Source: Pseudomonadota bacterium (GTDB lineage: Bacteria > Desulfobacterota > Binatia > Binatales > Binataceae). From it: DNA of 64,000 bases. Position 1 is the first letter of the stretch; every line of letters starts with the position of its first letter. Both the position numbers and the translations under genes were made by a program. The notes beneath the pieces are model-generated. The model had not been told where the DNA came from and made no database searches. It was given only the letters and a program-made list of their open reading frames with translations. Below are positions 49,647 to 58,891 of the stretch, in pieces. The stretch spans positions 354,923 through 418,922 of the forward strand of contig JAJPKA010000002.1 of NCBI GenBank assembly GCA_021323945.1, given 5' to 3'.

Positions 49647-50651
49647 TCAGGAGTTGTTCAGCGCCGGCTTGGTATCAGAAGGATTCCGAGGGATCCGGAT
49701 CGGGTAACTCTGCAGTCCAGGTGGCGTACGGTCGCTTAACAAAGCTGGATTCAGTCGCTGGAGGGCTTCAACCGTCGTGTGGTTCGACTCGGCTATTTGC
49801 CTGAGGGTGGTACCACCCTCGACTGCGATTACCTTATAGGGACGAGGTCCGGTCCAATGGACACGCCCGAGCCCATACTCCTCGAGGTGATGTGCAATCA
49901 GGGCCACTGCCATGAAACGATTCATCAGCGCCCGTGTGCGACGTGGCAATCGCTGCATTAGCTCTTCGTAGGGGGCTGTCATAAGCTGCAAGTAACGGTA
50001 GACCCCTTCATCGCCGTTATTCCAGGCAACCAGGGTCATCCGCCAATCAGCGGGGGTTTGGTCGTGTAATTCCGCCAAGTAATTGGCCGCCGCCTCTGTG
50101 GATTTGATGGGGTCCCGGCGCTCGTCCAGCCATTGGTTCATTTTCAAGCCATATCGGCGAGCGGTAGCTCGGCTCAATTGCCATGGTCCCGAGCCTCCCG
50201 GGGCAAAGGCACTCTCGGCAAAGGCCAGGTAGACCAAGTCCTGCGGCAGTCCGTTATCGGCAAAAACCGACAGCATTTCGGGCATAAACGGGCTGCTCCG
50301 CTCAAAAGACAGACGCAGAGTTTGCGGGCGCGCCAAATAGCTATTGATGTAACTTTGGACGGTACGGTTCAGAACCAATGGAAACGGAGGCACCGATTTT
50401 GGCTGGCTGCGGACAAACGGAAGCTTTTCGATTGGTTGGTCCGGCGTCAGCAGGGGCTTGGCAACAACAGGATCGGGCAAAACCTCTGCCGCTATCACCG
50501 GCACGGGGGTTGCGCTCGAAGCCACTTGAGGAAGTGAGATCGGGTTGGTCGTAGCTGTGGGTTCGAGCGACGTACCGCAACCACACAGCGGCACCAGAAT
50601 CAGCACGAAGAGAGCGGGTATAAGGAACCAGTCTCGCCGCATCACTATCAA
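49647..50651 (-). CDS. Lipoprotein lytic transglycosylase (SLT domain) with C-terminal LysM
   Basis: Lipobox LCGC. SLT catalytic region LAFAESAF. C-terminal LysM-like segment (YKVIAVEGGTTLRQIAESNHTTVEALQRLNP). Confidence 0.75.
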   Translation of the reverse strand: MIVMRRDWFLIPALFVLILVPLCGCGTSLEPTATTNPISLPQVASSATPVPVIAAEVLPDPVVAKPLLTPDQPIEKLPFVRSQPKSVPPFPLVLNRTVQSYINSYLARPQTLRLSFERSSPFMPEMLSVFADNGLPQDLVYLAFAESAFAPGGSGPWQLSRATARRYGLKMNQWLDERRDPIKSTEAAANYLAELHDQTPADWRMTLVAWNNGDEGVYRYLQLMTAPYEELMQRLPRRTRALMNRFMAVALIAHHLEEYGLGRVHWTGPRPYKVIAVEGGTTLRQIAESNHTTVEALQRLNPALLSDRTPPGLQSYPIRIPRNPSDTKPALNNS

Positions 50652-50874
50652 CCCCCAGCCCGGCTACCCTAGCTGTCACGAGCACCATAATCAACGCAAT
50701 TGCGATTAAAAAGACTAATATTTGTCAGCAGCTATCCACAGGGTCAGACAAGTAGTCGAATAGCTCGTGAGGCGAAAACCTTGGCTTGTCTGACGCAATT
50801 CGGCTCCCACTCAGCCCCTGCCAAGGGCGGCCAAAGGCTCCGCCTGATACCGATTTGTGGTAATTTGAGGCCTC

Positions 50875-52047
50875 ATGGCGATTCAGGAAGGCGATGAGCT
50901 GTGGCGAGAAATCGTCGACAGCCTGACCGTTGGGATCGTTGCGGTCTCGCCCGAGCGCCAGGTGATCGCAATAAACTCGGCTGCAGAGACTCTGCTCGGG
51001 GTCTCACGTCTGCGGCGAACCCGGTTTGATTCCGTATTTCGACGCAACCAATGGCTGGCCGCCATGGTGGACAGGTGTCTCACTTCGGGTCAAAGCCTGC
51101 ATTATCCGGAAACCCCACTGGTACTCGGCCAACGTGAGGCACTGGTGACCGCAGCCGTGTCACCCCTGACGACCCAGACTGGAGAGACCAGCGGCGTGGT
51201 AATCTTGCTGCAAGACCTTTCCTATCAGCAGACGGCCGAACCCGGTCTCCGCGCCGAGCCTGAGGCGTTAAAGTTGTCGTCAGTTGGCCTTGCGCATGAG
51301 CTTAAAAATCCGTTGACCGGGATCAAGGGTGCCGCCGAACTGATCGCCGCAATGCTGCCCACGGATCCGCGAGCTCAGCAATATTGCCGACTTATCCTCG
51401 ATGGAGTGCAACGAATCACCTCATTACTTGAAGAGGCTTTAGCTGTGTCAGGACCCTTGCGGCTGCGTACCGAGCCGGTGAATATTCATCAAGTCCTGCA
51501 TCAAGCACTCAGAATGGCGGGCGCATATCCGGTTCCTCCCCAGGGGATTGCGATAGAACAGTTATTTGACCCCAGTTTGCCCGAGGTTATGGGTGATCCT
51601 GTCGCCCTTGAGCGCGTCTTTCTCAATTTGATCCGCAACGGGCTCGAGGCAATCGCTGCCGTTTCCGACGCGTCCGCCAAAGACACCGGCTCGGCAGTTG
51701 AACGGCCTGCCCGGCCACTGCGCAAGCTTATCCTAAAGACCGGCTTGGAGCCTCAACTACGGATGAACGCGCAGGGGCGTAGGGTGCAATTTCTGCGCGT
51801 TGAGATCAGCGACTCGGGGAAGGGCATGGCACCGGAGCAGTTCCAACAGCTCTTTACCCCTTTTTTTACTACCAAGCCCTCAGGTACAGGCCTCGGACTC
51901 GTGCTTAGTCGCCGGATCGTCGAGCAGCACGGCGGCAGGTTATGGGCGCAGCTGGGTGGTACCGGTCTTAGGGCGCCGAATGCGCGGGGCGAACAGCCGG
52001 CAGCCGGCATGACGTTCTGTGTTACTTTACCTATACGTTCAGATTAG
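50875..52047 (+). CDS. Sensor histidine kinase (PAS-HisKA-HATPase; NtrB/AtoS-like)
   Basis: H-box HELKNPLTGIKGAAELI, N/G1/G2 boxes (ISDSGKGMAPE…GTGLGL). No TM segments, so likely cytoplasmic. Confidence 0.8.
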   Translation: MAIQEGDELWREIVDSLTVGIVAVSPERQVIAINSAAETLLGVSRLRRTRFDSVFRRNQWLAAMVDRCLTSGQSLHYPETPLVLGQREALVTAAVSPLTTQTGETSGVVILLQDLSYQQTAEPGLRAEPEALKLSSVGLAHELKNPLTGIKGAAELIAAMLPTDPRAQQYCRLILDGVQRITSLLEEALAVSGPLRLRTEPVNIHQVLHQALRMAGAYPVPPQGIAIEQLFDPSLPEVMGDPVALERVFLNLIRNGLEAIAAVSDASAKDTGSAVERPARPLRKLILKTGLEPQLRMNAQGRRVQFLRVEISDSGKGMAPEQFQQLFTPFFTTKPSGTGLGLVLSRRIVEQHGGRLWAQLGGTGLRAPNARGEQPAAGMTFCVTLPIRSD

Positions 52048-52187
52048 ACAGCGAAGCCCGCATTCGCATCGGACGTGGTCAAGACCCGGGAGGTAGCGTT
52101 CAGGCAGAGCTTGCACCATATCGGATATTGCCCATAATCTGCGTTGACTTCGGTTAGATGTGCTGAACCGGTTATACTGGCAACGAT

Positions 52188-53705
52188 ATGAGTTGCGCCC
52201 CATCCAACGACTCGCTGCGAGCCGGCGAATCTAGACCACTGGTTCTTATTGCCGACGACGACCCCGGAATACGGTTGGTCTTGCGGCATCGGCTGGACGC
52301 TGCGGGGTACGAAGTCGAAGAGACGGCTGATAGCGCCACCACACTCCGGGCCCTCATCAGCAATCGTTACGATGTTGCCCTTGTCGACATCATGATGCCG
52401 GGTGCCGGCGGCCTCGAGATACTCTCCAAGGCTCGAGATGAGGGGACACGCACGCTGGTAATCGTGATTACCGCGGCCAACACGATGAACAACGCAGTTG
52501 AGGCGATGAAGCGGGGCGCTCACGATTATCTGACCAAGCCTTTCGAGAACCTTGATCTGGTCGCTGCCGCGGTCGGGCGGGCAATCGAGGTGGCAGGGCT
52601 CGAGAAGTTCGTGCGCGGGCTGGCCGGTTCTGCCACTGATTTCTCACGTCTGCGCGAGGAGGTGAACCGTCAGCTCGTCGGCGGGGAAATCATTGGGCGC
52701 AGTCCCGCCATGCAGGAGGTCTATAAGCTCATTGGGCGCGTCGTAACCAATGAGGCCACCGTGCTGGTGTGCGGTGAGAGTGGCACCGGCAAAGAGTTGG
52801 TAGCCCGCGCGATTCATTTCAAGTCGCCCCGCTGGCGAGGTCCGTTTGTTGCCGTCAACTGCTCGGCGATCCCGGCAGGTCTGCTCGAAAGCGAACTTTT
52901 TGGCCACGAACGGGGTGCCTTTACCGGGGCTAACGAGCGGCGAGCGGGCAAATTCGAACAGGCTGCTGGCGGCACTCTCTTCCTGGATGAGATCGGCGAC
53001 TTGCCGCTCGAGTTGCAACCCAAACTGCTGCGGGTACTGCAAGAACGGGAATTTTCGCGGGTCGGTGGTTTGGAGGTTTTGCACGCCCAGGCACGGATTA
53101 TAGCCGCTACCAATCATGATCTCGAAGCAGCAGTTGCGGCAGGTAGGTTCCGTGAAGATCTATACTTTCGCTTGCGTGTGATTCCTATCAACCTGCCGCC
53201 TTTACGACACCGCCGCGAGGATATTCCCGAACTAACCGACTACTTTATATCCAAGGCTGTGCGTGAAATGGGAGCGCACGCACGTTACGTCGCTCCTGAA
53301 GCTCGTGCCAAACTTCAGGCCTACGACTGGCCGGGCAATGTCCGCGAACTGGAGAATACCATCTTGCGCGCCGCGCTACTTACACCGAGCAATACCATCA
53401 GGGCCGAAGACATCGAGCTGCGGCACAGTCCGCTCCATTCGCGCTCAGAGCATCAGGCGGCCCAAGCTTCACTAACTGACCTGATTGGCCAGCGGATAAA
53501 TGAGATGTTGGAAAACAACAGTACCGAGCCGCGTGATCTCTACCAGAAGCTGATCGGTGAACTGGAGCGCCCGCTGATTGAAATGACGCTGCGGCGCGCT
53601 CGCGGTAATCAAGTTCACGCAGCTCGTATCCTGGGGCTCAATCGCAACACGCTGCGCAAGAAACTGGTTGAACACGGCATTCCGATCACCAAGCTCCCCA
53701 TATAA
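52188..53705 (+). CDS. Sigma-54-dependent Fis-family response regulator (NtrC-like: REC + AAA+ + HTH)
   Basis: REC with phospho-acceptor Asp. Walker A GESGTGKE, GAFTGA sigma-54 contact motif, C-terminal Fis-type HTH. Confidence 0.9.
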   Translation: MSCAPSNDSLRAGESRPLVLIADDDPGIRLVLRHRLDAAGYEVEETADSATTLRALISNRYDVALVDIMMPGAGGLEILSKARDEGTRTLVIVITAANTMNNAVEAMKRGAHDYLTKPFENLDLVAAAVGRAIEVAGLEKFVRGLAGSATDFSRLREEVNRQLVGGEIIGRSPAMQEVYKLIGRVVTNEATVLVCGESGTGKELVARAIHFKSPRWRGPFVAVNCSAIPAGLLESELFGHERGAFTGANERRAGKFEQAAGGTLFLDEIGDLPLELQPKLLRVLQEREFSRVGGLEVLHAQARIIAATNHDLEAAVAAGRFREDLYFRLRVIPINLPPLRHRREDIPELTDYFISKAVREMGAHARYVAPEARAKLQAYDWPGNVRELENTILRAALLTPSNTIRAEDIELRHSPLHSRSEHQAAQASLTDLIGQRINEMLENNSTEPRDLYQKLIGELERPLIEMTLRRARGNQVHAARILGLNRNTLRKKLVEHGIPITKLPI

Positions 53706-53794
53706 GGGTGATTTGGTATTTCTCGTGTCAACGCGAAGGGCCCGCGCACGTCGGCCACAGCGGGAATTTTCTCAGCGGGCGAGCTTCTCATGAA

Positions 53795-54418
53795 ATGAAA
53801 CGATTGCCTTCTCATTTCTACGCAATTGTAGACCCCGCGGGTGGGCACGAGCCGGTTGCCTTGGCCAAAACCCTGCTGGATGCGGGAGTCAGGATCATGC
53901 AATTGCGTCTGAAGAACGCAACCGCCAGAGATTTCCTCAGCGCGGCACGTGCCATCGCTAGCCTCTGTGAGGCCCATGAGGCAATGCTGATCGTCAATGA
54001 CCGCGTTGATGTAGCCAAGCTGGCGGGCGCTGCGGGAGTGCATTTGGGACAGGAAGATTTGCCTTTGCGCGAGGCACGACAAATCCTGGGTCCGGATAAA
54101 CTGATCGGCATTTCCACGCACACCGTCGAGCAGGCCCTGGCTGCCGCACGTGGAGGCGCCGATTACATCGGGTTCGGCGCTATCTACCGAGGAGGTCTGA
54201 AAAACGTCCAGAATCCTCGGGGACTCGAGCTGCTGCGCCAAGTCCGAACGGCGGTAGATTTGCCCATCGTTGCAATCGGTGGAATCACTGAAAGTACTGT
54301 AGGCGAGGTGCTTGCCGCTGGAGCCGACGCGGTCGCTATTATTAGCGATGTCGTGTTTGCCGCCGATATCAAAGCCAAAGTGCGCTCGATTCTGTCCCGC
54401 GCAGGGGCTGCATCTTAA
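53795..54418 (+). CDS. thiE: Thiamine-phosphate synthase
   Basis: FYAIVD…RIMQLRLKN…LIVNDRVDVA…HLGQED…ISTH…GADYIGFGAIY…VAIGGI are ThiE motifs. Start at the internal Met. Confidence 0.8.
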   Translation: MKRLPSHFYAIVDPAGGHEPVALAKTLLDAGVRIMQLRLKNATARDFLSAARAIASLCEAHEAMLIVNDRVDVAKLAGAAGVHLGQEDLPLREARQILGPDKLIGISTHTVEQALAAARGGADYIGFGAIYRGGLKNVQNPRGLELLRQVRTAVDLPIVAIGGITESTVGEVLAAGADAVAIISDVVFAADIKAKVRSILSRAGAAS

Positions 54419-54452
54419 TCGTTCCTGTCGGGGCTCGGACCTGTCTCGCAAT

Positions 54453-55208
54453 TCACAAGACACGAACGCTATACCCGGTCCACTCTTCATGTCCTCGAGG
54501 AAATGAACCCGGAGGGCTGGGTTGATCGACGAAACCGATATGCCAGCCCTGAATCAAAGGTGCTCCTTTCGGTCCCCAGACCTTGGTCCGCCAACGGCGT
54601 GGCAACGGTAACTGTTGAACCAGGGCCCATTTGGCTCGAGTGAACCAGTCCCGATCATGATGGCCATAAAACTTGTGGGACCGCAGTGGTGCGTCCTCTC
54701 CATAGCGTGCGATAAAATCCACGGTTTCGGTGGGCGAGTAGACAAAGGCATCGCCGTCGTAAACGCTCCAATGGGCGCAAACGCCGGAAACATTGCCGTG
54801 CCAGTCGATCAGCTCGATCTCCTGACACACGATTTGTTCGCTAAAGACCGCAGTAGGCGAGGCTGTTCCGTTATGCCAGACATTGTAAAAATAGTGGAAC
54901 AGATAGCTTTCGTGGAACCGGCCCGTCAACGGATTCGGGATCGCTGAGGGCATCTTGATGACCTTGACGCGAGCATTTGGAGGAGCATTGACAGGTCGTT
55001 CGCTCACTTGAGCGGTGACGACCGACTCGTCGCCGCTTAGCGTAACACCGCCCAGACCTTGCTTTACCATCGAGTTCTTTTCCATCCGCCTGACTTCGTG
55101 CGGTAAGCGCCAGTCAGGTAGCTGATAAAGCGGGGTAAACGTATAGTGAATGTAAACTTCGTTGATTCCCGGTGCTTCGTCCAGCCAGGTTTTCTTGAGG
55201 TACCACAT
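54453..55208 (-). CDS. Hypothetical protein (251 aa)
   Basis: Long ORF, His/Trp-rich, no family recognised. Confidence 0.45.
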   Translation of the reverse strand: MWYLKKTWLDEAPGINEVYIHYTFTPLYQLPDWRLPHEVRRMEKNSMVKQGLGGVTLSGDESVVTAQVSERPVNAPPNARVKVIKMPSAIPNPLTGRFHESYLFHYFYNVWHNGTASPTAVFSEQIVCQEIELIDWHGNVSGVCAHWSVYDGDAFVYSPTETVDFIARYGEDAPLRSHKFYGHHDRDWFTRAKWALVQQLPLPRRWRTKVWGPKGAPLIQGWHIGFVDQPSPPGSFPRGHEEWTGYSVRVL

Positions 55209-55537
55209 CGCTTCGGTTTGCTTACTCCTGTTCGCTAGTCGAACAATGGCGAATACGCAGTCAAGGTCGGCAATCCGTCACATCTGGAGCGCCTTTGATG
55301 TTACTCAGCTTGCCGCTCTATTGCGGCATGCGGAGCAAGTTTAAGCTCCTGACGGTAATCGCGAGCTCGGTCCTTATAGCATCGATGACCCTGGTAGCGC
55401 AGCAGTGAATAAGTCAGCTGGGTGACAAAATTAAACGCTTGCTTGAAAGCGATCGGGCAAGACCTGGCCACCGGACTGTTTCACACCCGAAACCCGAGAT
55501 ACTCTGGTGACGAGAGTCAGGATCGTTACGCAATCAG

Positions 55538-55906
55538 ATGGCTAGAATCCGCGTTATCTACGAGAATGGCAGTCCTGAACGGACCATTGAGTTCGATCCT
55601 GCCGCGGCGCCTTTTCAACATGACGGCCAGCCTGGGTCGGTCCTCGACGTGCTTCTCGGCCACGGGATCCATCTCGAGCACGCATGCGGTGGCAACTGCG
55701 CGTGCACGACCTGCCACGTTATCGTGAAACAGGGCATCAATTCGCTCTCCGAAGCGACCGAGCAAGAAGAAGACATGCTGGATCGGGCTCCTGGCTTGAC
55801 ACCAACTTCTCGGCTTGGGTGTCAGGCGGTAATCGAAGATGCAGATGCCGATATCGTCATCGTGGTGCCCCGTTATACCATCAATCAGGTAAGTGAATCG
55901 CGCTGA
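55538..55906 (+). CDS. fdx: 2Fe-2S ferredoxin (adrenodoxin/Fdx type)
   Basis: CGGNCACTTCHV…LGCQ cysteine pattern. Confidence 0.8.
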   Translation: MARIRVIYENGSPERTIEFDPAAAPFQHDGQPGSVLDVLLGHGIHLEHACGGNCACTTCHVIVKQGINSLSEATEQEEDMLDRAPGLTPTSRLGCQAVIEDADADIVIVVPRYTINQVSESR

Positions 55907-55919
55907 CTGACTGCCACAA

Positions 55920-56624
55920 ATGGAAAGACCGGCTTATAGAGCCAGGGTGGAGCGGATCCTGGAGCACTCAGCCGATACACGCTCATTATTTTTACGCACG
56001 GTCACGGGAAGGATGCCGTTCTATTCGCCCGGCATGTTCATTTCAGTGAAGATTCCTTTACCAGAGGAGCTGCGCATCCGACCCTACACAATTGCTACCA
56101 GCCCTGAGGATGGTGAGCCGTTCGAGTTGATCTTCAACCTCGTACCGAATGGCCGCGGCGCTGCCTGGATGTTCGAACGAAAAGTCGGCGACCTGCTCGA
56201 CTTCACGGGTCCGTTTGGTGCTTTTACTCTAGAGCGAGCGCCTGACCGCGAAACCGTGTTCATTGCGGAGGGAACAGCGGTTGCGCCAATTCGTCCCATG
56301 CTCCGTCGGGCACTGTCGCAGCCATGTTCTCATTCGGTTCATTTTATCTATGCGGCCGCCAAACCTGAGCGTTTGCTGTATCGTGCTGAGTTTGAGTCTT
56401 TGGCCGTGACTAACTCCAGGTTTCGGTTCGAACCGTTGATTGTTCAGGGCAAAGAGCTCTACGAGTCGTTGTCAGATGAGGTCGCGCGCCGATGGGTGCA
56501 CGGTGACGGTGAGCGGCGCCGGGACTTTTTCCTGTGCGGCATCGGTTCGGGGGTTCTCAAGCTTCGCGATCTGCTACGCGGGGCTGGCTACGAACGGCGA
56601 GCCATCCATTACGAGCGATGGTAA
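55920..56624 (+). CDS. Ferredoxin--NAD(P)+ reductase-like FAD/NAD-binding oxidoreductase
   Basis: RxY(T/S) FAD motif (RPYTIATS) and GTAVAP NAD(P)-binding motif. 14 bp after fdx. Confidence 0.75.
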   Translation: MERPAYRARVERILEHSADTRSLFLRTVTGRMPFYSPGMFISVKIPLPEELRIRPYTIATSPEDGEPFELIFNLVPNGRGAAWMFERKVGDLLDFTGPFGAFTLERAPDRETVFIAEGTAVAPIRPMLRRALSQPCSHSVHFIYAAAKPERLLYRAEFESLAVTNSRFRFEPLIVQGKELYESLSDEVARRWVHGDGERRRDFFLCGIGSGVLKLRDLLRGAGYERRAIHYERW

Positions 56625-56917
56625 GGTCGCGAAGGCTTCGCGGCTTGTTCTTCCGGGCGAGAGTCTAATTCGTTTGAGTCATACTCGGTTCGCTGCGCCA
56701 GGCGCCCCGGGTCCAGCAGAGGTGACAGTTCCTCGTGGCGAGTCCAGGCCAGTGCCGCCAACTCGAGAGGATCCAAATAAATTTCCTGGCCGGTCTGCAA
56801 ATCTCGGATGAGCAGGCGGGGGCCGTTGCCGTTTTCATCGCTGGCTATTTCGACGGCGGCAAATTCGTTGCTCAATTTTATTCGCATGGCTTCGGCAAAA
56901 ATGAAATCTATCGTCAA
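56609..56917 (-). CDS. Hypothetical protein (102 aa)
   Basis: ORF only. Overlaps the FNR 3' end by 16 bp. Low support. Confidence 0.3.
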   Translation of the reverse strand: MTIDFIFAEAMRIKLSNEFAAVEIASDENGNGPRLLIRDLQTGQEIYLDPLELAALAWTRHEELSPLLDPGRLAQRTEYDSNELDSRPEEQAAKPSRPYHRS

Positions 56918-57122
56918 TCAAATTCTGGTCGCATTAGTCAGATAGCGGCTTGCCAACCGGCTCACTTCGGTAGCAGGATACAAACCACTACTACGAGCGT
57001 ATGTTTGCATAGGTGGGCGAAGGAACTGCATCGATTGGGACAACTCAGACGCTTCATACAGGGTTTGTAATCGCTTTTCACTCGATTTTAGGCAAGAATC
57101 GAAAGAGGTAGGTCAAGGCTGC

Positions 57123-58295
57123 TTGAGTGTCAGCGCCGAGGCTATTTCGATGAAACCAAGTGCAAGGTTCCGCCCAGTCGCAGCCCTAGTCCTGGTTGCT
57201 GAAATGCTAACGTGGGGGATTTTCTCCGGCTCTGCATTCTCCCAGCAGAGCGAGCTTACTCTACCCCCGGCGATTCGACCCAATCAACGGCAGAGTGGCT
57301 CGGTGCTGGAAGTGCCGACCGTGCCCCGAGGCCAATTTGGGGCAACCGAGAGTATTCCCCGGATGGTTCCTCAGCAGGGTCAGGAGTTGACCTTGCCCTC
57401 TCGCCAGCTAACTCGCCAGCCCGGCTTCAAGGAGCTCACGGTTACGATTACTGACCAGCAGGGGCGCTACGTTACGGGACTGCAGAAGAGCGATTTCAAG
57501 CTCTATATCGACGGCCAGCAGCGGCCAATCGAGTTCTTTCGCCAGGATCTGAATACGCCGGTTTCGATCGGAATCTTGGTGGATACGTCCGGCAGCATGG
57601 AGCCCAAATTGATGCAGGCACGGGCAGCGATTACCGAATTCATTAACGACCTCAATCCGCGTGACGATGTCTTTTTGTTCGCTTTTTCGAGTCAACCTTT
57701 CCTGCTGCAGCCTTTCACTACCGACCATCAGGCGGTAATCGGGCGTCTTAGCCTGCTCTATGCTCAGGGTGAAACCGCCATTTTCGACACCATCATAGAT
57801 GGGCTTCTAATGGTTCGTCACGGCCGATGGGACAAGAAGGCGTTGCTAGTTGTAACTGACGGCCAGGACAACGCCAGCGAGCAGAATCTGCAACAAGTGA
57901 TCGCATATGCACGGCAGATGGGAGTGCTGATTTACTCCATTGGCATCGGCAACTCCAATATCGACAGTTCAGCGATTAGTTTTGGCCCGTTCGGACTCGG
58001 ATTAATCGCCCAGGATGCGGTTGACGCGCGAACTCTGGAGTTGCTTTCCAGCGAAACCGGGGCCAAAACCTTTCTACTGCGCACTATCGGCGACGGCAGC
58101 GCGATGCGTGAGGATTGCGCCCAAATCAGCCGTGAACTGCGCGAACAGTACACCTTGGGTTTTCTTGATGCCGACCCCAGCCGTGGCGGCTATCGCAACG
58201 TCCGGGTGGATGTTCCGGCTCACCCCGAATATAAGATTCGTGTCCGCAAGGGCGTTGAGGTCGGAGGCACCGAGTCCGCTTCGGCGGAGCCCTAA
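57123..58295 (+). CDS. von Willebrand factor A domain protein (VWFA-related acidobacterial-type) with signal/TM N-terminus
   Basis: MIDAS DTSGS, then T and D residues of the vWA fold. N-terminal hydrophobic segment. Confidence 0.8.
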   Translation: MSVSAEAISMKPSARFRPVAALVLVAEMLTWGIFSGSAFSQQSELTLPPAIRPNQRQSGSVLEVPTVPRGQFGATESIPRMVPQQGQELTLPSRQLTRQPGFKELTVTITDQQGRYVTGLQKSDFKLYIDGQQRPIEFFRQDLNTPVSIGILVDTSGSMEPKLMQARAAITEFINDLNPRDDVFLFAFSSQPFLLQPFTTDHQAVIGRLSLLYAQGETAIFDTIIDGLLMVRHGRWDKKALLVVTDGQDNASEQNLQQVIAYARQMGVLIYSIGIGNSNIDSSAISFGPFGLGLIAQDAVDARTLELLSSETGAKTFLLRTIGDGSAMREDCAQISRELREQYTLGFLDADPSRGGYRNVRVDVPAHPEYKIRVRKGVEVGGTESASAEP

Positions 58296-58328
58296 AAAGG
58301 GCCTTGAGTGAGCTGGATGCGAAGAAGA

Positions 58329-58352
58329 GCGAGCGGGCCCCATTCCGCTCGC
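58329..58352 (+). terminator. Hairpin GCGAGCGG-N8-CCGCTCGC 34 bp after the vWA stop, upstream of rpsO
   Basis: 8-bp perfect stem followed by GCTTTACTTG. Confidence 0.4.
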
Positions 58353-58433
58353 CGCGCTATCCGCTTTACTTGCCAGGGGTGGTCTGTTATCTTCGAAACG
58401 AAGTAAATAAAAAGGGAAAGAATAATAGACCTG

Positions 58434-58703
58434 ATGCCCTTGGAGGCCGCCCGTCGGCGCACGATCATTGCCGACCACGCGCGAGGCGTAAACGATACGG
58501 GGTCACCCGAAGTCCAGGTTGCCTTGTTCACCGCCCGTATCGAGCAGCTCACCGAACATCTCAAAACGCATGCGAAGGACCACCATTCGCGGCGTGGATT
58601 GCTCCGCTTGGTCGGAAAGCGCCGCCGTCTGCTCGACTATTTGCGCGCCAAGGATTTCGCGCGCTACCAAGGCCTCATCGACAAGCTGGGCATCCGGCGA
58701 TAG
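58434..58703 (+). CDS. rpsO: 30S ribosomal protein S15
   Basis: 89 aa. [49 protein letters not shown] is a canonical S15. Confidence 0.95.
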   Translation: MPLEAARRRTIIADHARGVNDTGSPEVQVALFTARIEQLTEHLKTHAKDHHSRRGLLRLVGKRRRLLDYLRAKDFARYQGLIDKLGIRR

Positions 58704-58891
58704 CTCATTTCGCGGCGAATTCGCGACGACCGTTCGCCCGAACAAATGGGCCAGCCCACCTAAGGTGCGCCGAACGGGAAATTTCGGCGACGCGTTGGCA
58801 CGGCGCAAGTGTCGGAACGACCGCGTCGCGAAGAGTCGGTGCGAGATGACGTGTCCCGTTGAGACTTCTCCTTTCCCCCAGGTGTACCCGA

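Noticed and set aside
53615-54490. 291-aa ORF antisense to thiE
   Set aside because: The ThiE motifs are on the plus strand.
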